Assembly: GCA_964187785.1 (NCBI GenBank)
Contig: OZ076409.1
Location: 2,480,001 to 2,544,000 of the forward strand
From: Amphiscolops sp. MND2022
Lineage: Eukaryota
Length of the DNA: 64,000 nt
Reading direction: 5' to 3'
The notes under the pieces: generated by a model
The model's input: the letters and a program-made list of their open reading frames with translations, nothing else
What the model was told of the DNA's origin: nothing
Databases searched by the model: none
Made by a program: the position numbers and the translations under genes
Part shown: positions 24,401-34,404 of the stretch, one piece after another
Position numbering within the stretch: position 1 is the stretch's first letter
How the letters are laid out: every line of letters begins with the position of its first letter

Positions 24401-27400
24401 AGGTTGAATTCAGCTTGGACGAAACTAGGGAGCCAGAAGGGGGAGATATTGTAGAGGAGTACAGGGAATGGGATTCGGGGATGTGCCTGGAAGATGGCTT
24501 TTAGTTTGGAAGGTGGCTTGAATTGAGGCTGTTGCGTTGATGGTGGTCCGGTTTCGCTTTTTTGGTAAATTCGGTACCAAAATGCGCATTTTCTTCGGTC
24601 AACATTGCATCTTTTTGGAGGCTCTTAGTTTTGGGAGCACTGCTACGGCGGTTAATGCAACTCTGATAGGGGCATTGAGGGTGCTCTTTACGTGTGGAGG
24701 TTATTTTCAAGTCCTCATATGGGTTGTTTGGGAGTGAAAGGGTGCCGTCTTTTGTTCAATATTCGCAAAATCAGCGAATTTGTCGTCAATTGGCACGTCT
24801 GGGAAGGGTGAAAATCACTTCCCGGGCTCGTAGCGACTTGAAAATTTCACACCGTATACTACACTACCTGAATCGTGGGAAACTGAACGCCGATTGCGCC
24901 AAATTTGACCCTGTGGGTTTCACGGTCTTTTAACAATGTTTACTGAAAATTTGACTATGTCGTGAAATTCACAAAAAGTAGCCAAACTCGCCTTCTAGGC
25001 GTCCTAGCCACCTGAAATTTTGCATGCGAGCGTAACTTTTGCCTACGCCTAAGTAACAGAAAAACACAGCGGCGAGGTGCCTTGATCAATGTCTGGCGTT
25101 ATGAAGTGACAAAACCTTGATGTACCAGAGGTACTAGTTTTTCGGGTCAAAAATCACAAAAATGTCAATTTCTCAGCTTTGGCCAGTAGCCGGCTGCTCA
25201 AATTGCACAAATCGTCGTTATCTAGTGCCGTGCGCACGAAAATGCAAAAATTTTAGTGCTGGGATACCCGCAAGGTATTGCACTATGCTCCACTAAAATT
25301 CAAATTTTTCGACATTTTCACACGATTTTTGAGCAAAAGTGCGGCTAAGATTTCTCAATCACTAGTAATGCAAGCGCTACGAAAATTACACCACTAACGT
25401 AACTTTTTTTGGTCTACGCGATGGTGCAATCCGTTTGAGGCTGCTTCTACTAGGAAGGATTTCGACCTGTGCTGGAAGCACTACTCTATGGTTCCCAAAA
25501 TGTCGCAAAAATAACGCGTTTTCGGCTATTTCTCAGCAACCACTGGTTGGAATCACTCGCGGTTTTCTGCGTTTGTAACGTTGCACTCTATAATAACAGA
25601 AAATGGGCAAGCGAAACCTGGTAGGTTCCAAACAAGGTCTCTCAAAAAATTTTCAAATTGCATTTTTTACACTCTCGGAACAACACTGAAATAACGTGTT
25701 TTCGTCAAGAAATTCTTGTCTGTCAATTCTTGAATGTTTGAGATCAATTCAATAGTATTGTAAGGAAGTGTGACAACTTATTTTGGGGGGTTGGGGTTCG
25801 TTTAGTTATTATTTTTGATGTTGTATCTCTCAGGTCTATGAGGTCCTTTACTCAGGTCTATGTATATCAAAAGAAACAGGTCGTTAAAGTTTCAATTTCT
25901 ATTGGGGATCCTTAAAAAGCAACTTGGCAATAGTATTTCGTACTACCAAGCTAGGGAAAAGGGTTTTTGGGCTAATTTAGAAGCTTGGAAGCTAATCTCC
26001 AATGCTTTGCCCTCGTCAAATTGGGTCAAAATGGCCAAATTTGACGATTTTTCAACAAAAATCGCTGTATTTTTCGCTAATTTTGGGAAAGTGGCCCTGC
26101 GAATTTATTTGTTCCTGGCCCAGGGGGTATATTGGAACGTTTTTCTAGTATTCTCACTGGCCTTACTCTATTTGACAAAATAGTGGCTTTCAAAATTCAA
26201 AATTTTGGTATTTGAGCTATAAATGACGTTATTTTCGATGTTTTCGAGCTCAAATTTTTTTTACAACTAATCGGAATACCCTTTGGGTATTCTTCTCAGT
26301 TAGTTATAGTGGGAATAGGCCTGGAAATATTTTTTTTGGGCCTTTAAATTAAGAAAATGGACGATTTCACCCGTATGACGTGGAGTGTTGCAATTGCAGG
26401 GGCGTGGGAGGAGTAGTCGTGTAGGACGTCGTCACGTCATCACAGCTGGTGGAAACCTTCAGCATTCGTCCTCTCTGTCCCCATACATTGCAATATAGCA
26501 GAAATTAAGCTAGAAAACCCTTTAAAACACGTCCCGGATAGGACGGAACAGCTTTTTTATTAGCTTTTAGTAAGGTAGAAGGGGGTACACTGTTAGAAAC
26601 TGTTAATTTCTCTAAGTAGACCTCAGAAACATGCGGAAAACGCAGGAACAACATTAGAAGAAAGCCCAAAGGGCCAGAAAAAGGGCAAGAAAAATAATCT
26701 AGGACTCTCCCATTAGTTTTCCTAGATCTGGACCCTCCGGGACCGGAAAGCAGAAGTTGCTCCTACTTGTACGCAAAATGAAAAATATCCCTCTGTAGTC
26801 GCCATAAAAACTATTCCAGATGTAACGTCCGGCTAGCGGCGCACATCTAGGGAAAAGGAAAATGCCTAGGGTGCTTAAACAGGAGACCGTTGTCGTAATA
26901 CATCCCTAGACACTAGTTTTTCTTCCCAAAATGGTCTCCTATGGGGACTTTTCTATCGTCTAAGGAGGCTTCTCTAGTTAGAGCTCCGAAGCGACGCGCC
27001 GGCACTCTCAAAGTCCGGGCACGCCCCACAAGCCTGTAAAAAAGTATCCTAGGTTCCTAATGCGTTCCTACGAGTTCCTACATGCCTCCGAGGTCAAAAC
27101 AGTGATTAGCTGGAAAACATCTTATTTGGCAAATGAGATATAAAAGGACCTAGAAGGTCAAACATCTTTCAAATACCAAAGGGGAAATATGGTGATAACA
27201 AAGAAAAACGGGGATAAGCCCCAATTACTTTACAGTTTTCAAGCCATCGTTCAAAATACGTCTCTGGCAATCCTCATCGGATGTTGCTGACTTCCACAGG
27301 AGATGGCACAACACTCCGATAGTCGCTGTTTTGATATTTCTTGATCTTCTTGCATTCTTTCATCATTCTCTGCATTTTTTCTAGCACGTGCTCCATTTCT

Positions 27401-27539
27401 TGCTCGCTCTCCGCGTGTTCTCTCTTTTATTTCACGCCTTTTGTACCTGCTAGGTCGGCCATCTTTTTTCTTCTATTTTGACATCGCACATTTCGAATTT
27501 TTCATCGAAATTTTGGTCATGCCGGTGGCAGACGTTACA
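21486..27539 (-). mobile_element. LTR element A, non-autonomous, 6054 bp
   Basis: 719-bp direct repeats 21486-22204 and 26821-27539 with TGTAAC...GTTACA ends (~20 substitutions by eye); minus-strand PBS 26788-26804 and PPT 22205-22215; TCA/TCA flanks; no gag or pol motifs. Confidence 0.92.
22754..24184 (-). CDS. Orphan ORF inside LTR element A (476 aa; probably extends upstream to ~24500 across a frameshift)
   Basis: Long open frame, sense to the element; hydrophobic/globular N-half and acidic low-complexity C-tail; no recognised motif. Confidence 0.65.
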   Translation of the reverse strand: MDPAGPLRLKKQLELNIEAILTWIYSTWVNVAGIMHPRDENPAINREPNQLPGFLFPSQMATLMLVETEDLIPLIAPIVWPVFGAVMALRYPTQVLRMAANTPTYSILHFVTTDGIQQEPTYRRVVANFSSLRPPMAYTIIKDKKQVEHNFTSIIRARARCALPMLMEFHPIAWLHIPLNPATGAAHSLADWSTEVILRILATVIQRLGGRRRGESPTGLRYPYVCDASRMYCNRTNPRAHPSNILQATTCWSKPDLVDLAVHQTSQRIKAKTPSVAKEPNRKTLPISTDVPSNPRAALEMFLNLHSKQKERGDSVGEDYARGIETFKNLFIQYGHPELADKLPDFPQGNITEENNATNAAAPGRSQQTIPRGLSSEGTETRMEEDQENSSIAAETHDEPMTDDNFILSDSATPTQDEPETGISQMDAADFESELKNLLTIDESMQYPPLVAESSTNQQSTVTSSVSDSQQSQNDE

Positions 27540-28413
27540 TCAATTATCAATTTGGTAGCATGTTTGCTGAAAGATCTTGGTATCGAAGGTTCTGTCGATT
27601 CTATTTGAGGGAATTCTGGCAATATATGTAACGGCAAGCTCTGGTACAGCAATATCAACCGATTTTGCAACTTTGACATGTTCAGAAATTTTGTCAAAAA
27701 TTCTAATCCGATGTGTGACGTGGCACTGAGCATGTGATTGCTCTTTTCGCTGTTTCCACAAAATTGGCAGGTACTTCGACAACAAAGAGCAAGAACGAGC
27801 AAAAACACGGGCGCGCCGCCATGACAGAAGCCAGAGACGGCAAGAACATCCGAAAAAAGACTCTTTTTGAGGTGCTAACACCGGTTTTATCGATTTTCAG
27901 CCTTATGCTACCCTATGTAGCGGAAACCGTAAAAATGAGTCTTTTCGCCTAAAGATCCTTGTTTGGTGCTTGGAGCCCCTGCGCCCCAGCTTTTTAGCTG
28001 TGTGGTTTGCCATATTCGTGCCTGTTTTCATGTATTTTCAGTGATTTTGGCTGTATTCAGTAGCGCTAGCGCTAGTTTAGATCTTATTTCCCAATTTTAG
28101 ATCTTATTCACATGTCACCCTGGAACTAGAAATTTACCTTATTCTTGGCATTGTTTTTATATGCTAGTTAAGCGGTGGTCTTTAGAGAGTCAGAAAGATG
28201 CCCGTTACTATTAGCAATCAAAGACTAGGACCGGTTGGACAGTATTCGTCGAAGCACCCGCGGCCCCGGGACGTATTTCACCCTGGAAGCAAAATGGATC
28301 TGTGGCGATGGGCGCCTGTCCCGAGCGATTCACCCATTCCTGCAGGTTCCTCCACCTCTTTTAACGCGTTAAGTGACCGATCACTGCTTGCCGTTACATG
28401 AGACCTCATTTTT

Positions 28414-28430
28414 TGGCGACCGCAGAGGGA
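28414..28430 (+). other. Primer-binding site, probably for tRNA-Arg
   Basis: TGGCGACCGCAGAGGGA is complementary to a ...GCGGTCGCCA tRNA 3' end as in animal tRNA-Arg(TCG); element A has TGGCGACTACAGAGGGA. Confidence 0.65.
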
Positions 28431-30149
28431 TCGCTTCCGATTACTGCCCTATTATATGGTTTTGAAATTTCCGACCCCCTGGTATTGGACGCCAAGAACG
28501 ATTGGACTCTGGAAGGAGACGTTTACCCAGAGTTTTTCCAAATTATTAGATGTTATGACGTTGTATTTTGGTGTTTTTCTAGTCTTTCGGGGGATTTTTC
28601 CGAATACCTATGGTATGTTTTGATAACAGGTATTTGTTGACAGGTATCGTCTAAAATTGCACGTTCCCATCAGCGGGTACCTTTGTAATGGCTTAGCGAA
28701 CCGCTAGAAAGCCGTTACGCATGTTGTAACAGGTGTTTTACATCTCATTTCAGCGTTTTTGGCTATGTACCAGGTATTCAGTTGATGGATGCCCCACGTT
28801 CCATCTGACCGATAGATGAGCTGAAACGAGTGTTCCCGACTCTCCTTTCCCATTTCCCGTGGAGACGTGCTAGAAGCATGGTTTTTAGTGGAAAGCTAGA
28901 ACAAACACTGACGTTGCCGGCGGTCCAAATTGTTTCTCTTTGGCTGGTCTGGTTGTTGAGAAAAAAGACGGCGAAAGTACCACCCCTCATTCCGCAAGAA
29001 TCGGTTTTTGGAATATGGTATGAAAAAATTTTTAGATTGTGTATTTTTTGACGGGGAATCATTTGTGCATGCTAGTTGTACCCTGTTGCAACTAAGTGTG
29101 TGCTTTTGAACCTGTTTTTAGTGAAAAAAGTGCAATTTTTAGTGCAAAAGTTGCAAAAACGTGATTTTTGGCATTTTTGAGTACTTTTCTTGGTACGAGC
29201 GCGAGCGCTCGAAGTATTAGCCACAGCAGTTGCAAAATGAATAGAAAGCAGCCCAAAACCTTGAGGGTTATGCTACATAATGTAACGACAACCAGAAAGG
29301 CCGTTGGAGACCTTTTTGAGACACATTTTGCATGACAAAACCCGGTTTTTGGCGAAATTGGCAAAAAACCACTATGAAATGACACTGGGAGAGTGCTGGA
29401 TTGTGATATAATTGCCTCTTCCGTGCTGCTATTAGTTTGGGGCACACTCCACAGTACCGAAAACAGGATTAGATTTAAGAGAGCTTGTAACGTTTTCTTG
29501 GTGAGAAGAGGTCGAAAAACCTTGATTTTTGGCCAGTTTCAGGAGTGCCAGAGTGCATAAGTAAAACCTCTGGGGCACTCAGTGTTTTCGAGACCTGGGA
29601 GCCAGCGCGCTCTCATTTTCTGTTTTTGTAGTAAAAGTAACGCATTGTGGTGAAAACCGCGTGTAAAAACTCCCATTCAGTGCTGAGAAAAGTGGAAAAA
29701 CGCACTGAATTTGATCAATTTTCCACAAAACCGGACTGTCTCTGAGCTAGGATCGGGTCATCGATTCCTGAACCCTAGCCAAAAAGTGGTTGAATTTTCG
29801 TAACCACCACAAAAATTAACGTTAGTACCGAAAATTTGGTGAGCGTATCGGTCACCAAAGTCGAGAAAAGCTCTCTGACGTTTCGACTTCAGAGAAGCGT
29901 AAGAGGACCGAAAAAATCCAAAACTGCAGGACTGTCAGTGCCTTATACCCAACGGGCAAAACCAATTGAGGGTTTATTCCAGTGCTACGGATAGTGGGGC
30001 AACACGTTGGTCCCATTTTGCCCGCCGTATCACTTTCTGAGGTGATCCTCTTGGTCAATTTGTGAAAAAAGTCGTCAAAAACACTGTTTTTTTTGTGTAC
30101 AACGTAAATAGTGGGTCGAAACCTCAAATAAGCGCTCGCGCTTCAATTC

Positions 30150-32150
30150 GACCATTTTAGTGGCATTGTAGGTGCCCATTGGCATAAACTACTAAGTTTG
30201 GTGCCGATCTGTGTGATACTTGTTGAGAAAATAGGAAAAACGTGGCACCCAAAAAAGTGCGCAAAAAGGCAGTTTTTTCTTAATTTTTCCAAGTAACCCG
30301 GGCACCTTAGCTGACGGGTGGGGCTATATTGCAGCCCACCATTGTAACCTGTGCTAAGTCCTACGTTGCTGCAGAGAATTTGAGCTTGCTAGCTCCTTCC
30401 AGTGGACCGCAATCTTGAAAAAGACGTGAAAAACAGTGTATTTTGGTACATAGTGGTACCGCACGTCTGTACCTAGGTGAAACTGTGTAGAAGGGGCGCA
30501 GCTCAATTCTGTAATCTTTTTCGTAAACCTACGTGTACCTAAAATCTGCTGGTCAATTGTGGGCTTGATACAGCGCTTCCAGCGTTCACACGAGCCTCTT
30601 GAGTGTTGTGGTGCGATTTTTGGAAAACCCAAAAATTCTTTGAAATTCTTCCTGTGGGTGACTGGAGACTTTTTGCCCTAGACCAGGTTGAGTTTCTGGC
30701 CCAGTGTGCTTGTGGGAAAGCGCTGTGCAAATTTGAACAGCCTACGAGGCTTAGAACGTGTTTTGAAAAATCTTGGACGTTGAAAAAAAATCAATTTTCT
30801 TAAGTCCTCACTGAGACGAGCAGAGGTCCAAATCCTTGAGAAGACCCCCTGCAAGCCTACCACCGTCTATTTTACTACTCTAACAGCGTGATTGGTGCCT
30901 ATTGACAGCGTCTGCCAAGTTTGGTGTCAATTGCTACTATATCTGTTGAGAAATTGACTAAAACAAACTGAACAAGAAGGTGCGCAAGAAGGCGAATTCT
31001 ACGAAGTCTTCTGGGATTGCCTGAACACCTTATTCAAAGAGTGGGGCCAAATTGCTGCCCACCATCGTAACCAGTGCAAGTTTATCGTATTGTTGCCGAA
31101 AAAACGAGCGTGAGCGTTCTTTGCAGTTCGCCACAATCTGGGTTGACACGTGAAGAACAGTGCATATTGGAACACAGTGATATCGAACGTCGTTACTGTG
31201 TTGAATTTTCACCTAGTCACCTCAGCACAAATCAGCTATCACTCCCTTGTACCTCAACTTACGTGGGATTGTTTGGTTGATTTTGAAGTCGATCCTGCGT
31301 TTCCAGCGTTAGCGCTAGCCTCGAGTTTTTTTTTCTAGTGAAGCTGAAAAACCCAAAAAATATCTGGAAAACCTCTGACCTGTGACTGGATCGTAATACC
31401 CCGATTCTGGACTCAATTATTGGGTCAGTGCATCAATCCGGAAATGCTGTTTACCTTCCAGCACGTTACAACCCTTGGAACTAGTTTTGACTCTTCTTGG
31501 ACGTGCATATTCATTGTATCAGTTTAAGGTTTCACCGAGACGAAAACTGGGAAAGTGAGGAAAAAGTCATTTCTACGTGTTGGAAACCTGTGGAAACCCC
31601 TAGTTTGAACTCCCAGTAGTTCGTTCATTGCTGTGCGTGTGATATTTGATCAGTATCGAGTGGGCTGCCTTGCTGGATCATAGCATTTTGTTACTTGAAG
31701 TTGTGATATCCTGTGTATTGTAACGAATTGGATCATTTTTTGGAACTCTCGGCGCACCTTATTGGAAGTTGGGATTACATTGCCCTGGACTATTCTTATA
31801 AGTGTCATTTGGTGCACCGTTGCTGAAAAAGTGAGCTCGAGAGCTCAGCACTGTGGACGAGAGTCTTTGATTGCATGTGAAAAATCGTGTCAATCGAGAC
31901 ACGGTGATACGGAACGTCAGTATCAGATCTAAATCTTGCCCAGTGGTCTGAATTCTCATTGGTTGTTACTGTAGTGTAGCTGGCTATACGTGTGATCGCG
32001 TGACCAATTTTGAGCCCGATACCACGTTTCCAGCACTTGTAAAAGCCATTTGAGTGATTTTCGAAAACAGTTGAAAAATCCAAAAATCGTTGAAAAAGGC
32101 TCTAGCTTGGAGCTGGAGGCAATCATCAGCTACGGTAGGTTATTTTTCTG
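30150..32150 (+). repeat. Three diverged ~725-bp tandem units in the leader of element B
   Basis: CACCTTA anchors near 30303, 31026 and 31754, each followed by similar blocks; the ORF track shows matching peptides (TDVRYHYVP / NDVRYHCVP / TDVPYHRVS). Confidence 0.7.
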
Positions 32151-32928
32151 ACTTGTGCGGCTGACGAAACGTGCTGTGTCAATTTTTACCCAGTACGATT
32201 GATAAAACTGAATTTGACTCAGTTCAGACACACGTCTTGAACAAAATTCCAAAAAACGCCAGAAAAACTATCAGTGTAAACCTTCAATACTTCCGCTGTA
32301 CAGGAGGCAAACCCAAAAAACCTTCATTTTCCAACGGAAGGGACCCAATAGACCTTCCTGGGTGCAAACGAGGCAAATCCCACGGTTCAAAAAAATTGCC
32401 GGCAGGGGTCATAAATTTTGGACTCCTCTAGAACTTTGAAATTTGATCCTGAACAGTTCAAGGCAGCAGTTTTAAGTGCCTGCGACGCACTCTGGACTAC
32501 ATTTTTACATTTTTCCGAACGAAAATCTCTGGGAGTTACCTTGAGCAGGGTTTTCGATATCCAAAAGAGACCCTGAGTGTTCCGACTTAGCCAAAATCAC
32601 GAGATTTTGAGAGGAGCAACTTTCTAGTGACAATAATTTGACCGGATTGCCCGAGTGTGTCACCTTTTTGAACGCTCTGGTGCCTCATTTTGGTGTTATT
32701 CCGCTGTATCGAGTAGCATCAACGCCGAATTTTACGCCAAATTTGCAGAGAGCTCTTTTGGATAATTGCAAAATACCCAAATCTCTTGAGGATGAGAGGT
32801 CGACAAACCGCTCAACTGTCTGTTTGGTGCGCTGTATCCAACTTGGCTGCAGCAATCTGCTCTAGAGCAAAATTTTCTAGTCCACTGAGCAGTCTGCAGA
32901 GTGTTGAGCAGTTTTCAGCACGCTGTGA

Positions 32929-34404
32929 TTGCTAGAAATTCTCTTGACTTGGACCCTGACACTGAACTTGGGTACACAGGTTGTTCTAGTGATGCAGTTC
33001 GGAACCTCTAAAGCTAAAATTAAACATGGGAAAATCTCCCGCCGCCTCCGTTCCTTTTTTCAAGGGGGAAGGAGTGTCAGTGCAGCACAACCAATGGATG
33101 TTCATGATGTTCAACCTCAAAATGAATCCCAAATGGTAGATGAACATGACCGATCGACGAAGTTAGATGATTTGAACGTGAAAGATTGGCCTTTGGAGGA
33201 TAGTTTCAAACCTGTCTCCAATTTTCTAGACTCAATGCCATCTAACTCTCAGGATACCGAGCCGGAGAGGAGCATAAGGACTCCCAGTCCTTGTTCAGTA
33301 TCGTCGTCGAAAAGATCTCTCCATGAAACCAGTATTCAGATTTATCAGAAACAGGACCAACAATTAAAGGCCCTGGAGCAGCAGATGGATGAGATGTCAA
33401 TCTTTTTGGCACAAGGCACACTTCGCAGGGAGAAACTGCTAGCACAAATGCAGTCGATAAATGCAGAAGTACAGGCACAACTCACAAATGCCGATATCAA
33501 TGTTTCAAACGACGTCAAATCAGAACCATTGACACCGCCAACAAAAGACATCGGCGTGGACCCAATATCTTTGGACACTACAACCATGGGTATTGCTGAC
33601 ACTTTGCCTGAATATCGCGCCGGTGATAATGGGTTGCGCGAGCGCAACTTCTACTCAAGTGATACGAAGAATGAACGAATATCTATCTCATCCTCCATTT
33701 CCTTATCGCAGGATTCTTTAAGCAACTCTCACTTCCCTGGAACAAAGTCCCTATTATCAACTACGAAGTTGCTACCGAGTTTGCTGAAAGACTCTTTTGA
33801 GCCACATTCTGCTACATCTAACGCTGGAATGAAACCTTCGGAAAAATTCCAACGCCTCTGCTTCCTTTTGAAGGGGGGAGAGGGCACCAGCGCAGCACAA
33901 CCAATCGATGAACCGGCCTCGATATCTTCGAACAACGCAACCATGGGCATGGCTCACACGTCGCCTATGGATCGAGGCGGGTTGCTCGAGGACAATCATG
34001 GTACTGATGACCCAAAAGACGAATTGATATCTCCCAAACAGTTGAAATTCACGGAGAGGATTTCCAAAACTATAGCTAAAGAGTTGGCTCCCTTGATTGC
34101 CAATCGTGATCAAACCGCTGTTCGACCAACCTTATACAGAGGTTCGAAAGACGGGACTGTTGAAGAGTGGTTGCTCGTGATGAAACGGTATTTGAAGCGA
34201 GTTTTTTCGAATGCTTCACCTGTCGACAAAGTCTGGGCGATAATCGATCACTTAGGTGATGAAGCTCGGAGTTTTATAATCAACAAACCGGAGTCCGAAT
34301 GGGATTCTCACGAGAAGGTGACTACCTTGCTCTCCAGCAGATTTGGGACTGGGAGTAACCGCAGGCTTTCAGGTTGCGAAGTCAACTTGAAAGAGAGGAC
34401 CTGA
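32929..34404 (+). CDS. gag: Gag-like N-terminal part of the element B polyprotein
   Basis: Coiled-coil stretch, then capsid-like YRGSKDGTVEEWLLVMKRYL...LGDEARSF...W...LSSRFG; continues in the next frame (QAFRLRSQ..EDLMQYLDAL). Confidence 0.8.
   Translation: MLEILLTWTLTLNLGTQVVLVMQFGTSKAKIKHGKISRRLRSFFQGGRSVSAAQPMDVHDVQPQNESQMVDEHDRSTKLDDLNVKDWPLEDSFKPVSNFLDSMPSNSQDTEPERSIRTPSPCSVSSSKRSLHETSIQIYQKQDQQLKALEQQMDEMSIFLAQGTLRREKLLAQMQSINAEVQAQLTNADINVSNDVKSEPLTPPTKDIGVDPISLDTTTMGIADTLPEYRAGDNGLRERNFYSSDTKNERISISSSISLSQDSLSNSHFPGTKSLLSTTKLLPSLLKDSFEPHSATSNAGMKPSEKFQRLCFLLKGGEGTSAAQPIDEPASISSNNATMGMAHTSPMDRGGLLEDNHGTDDPKDELISPKQLKFTERISKTIAKELAPLIANRDQTAVRPTLYRGSKDGTVEEWLLVMKRYLKRVFSNASPVDKVWAIIDHLGDEARSFIINKPESEWDSHEKVTTLLSSRFGTGSNRRLSGCEVNLKERT

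Noticed and set aside
34350..34404. Programmed gag-pol frameshift
   Set aside because: No slippery heptamer is seen and the shift falls in the middle of the capsid-like domain, so a small deletion in a decayed copy is more likely
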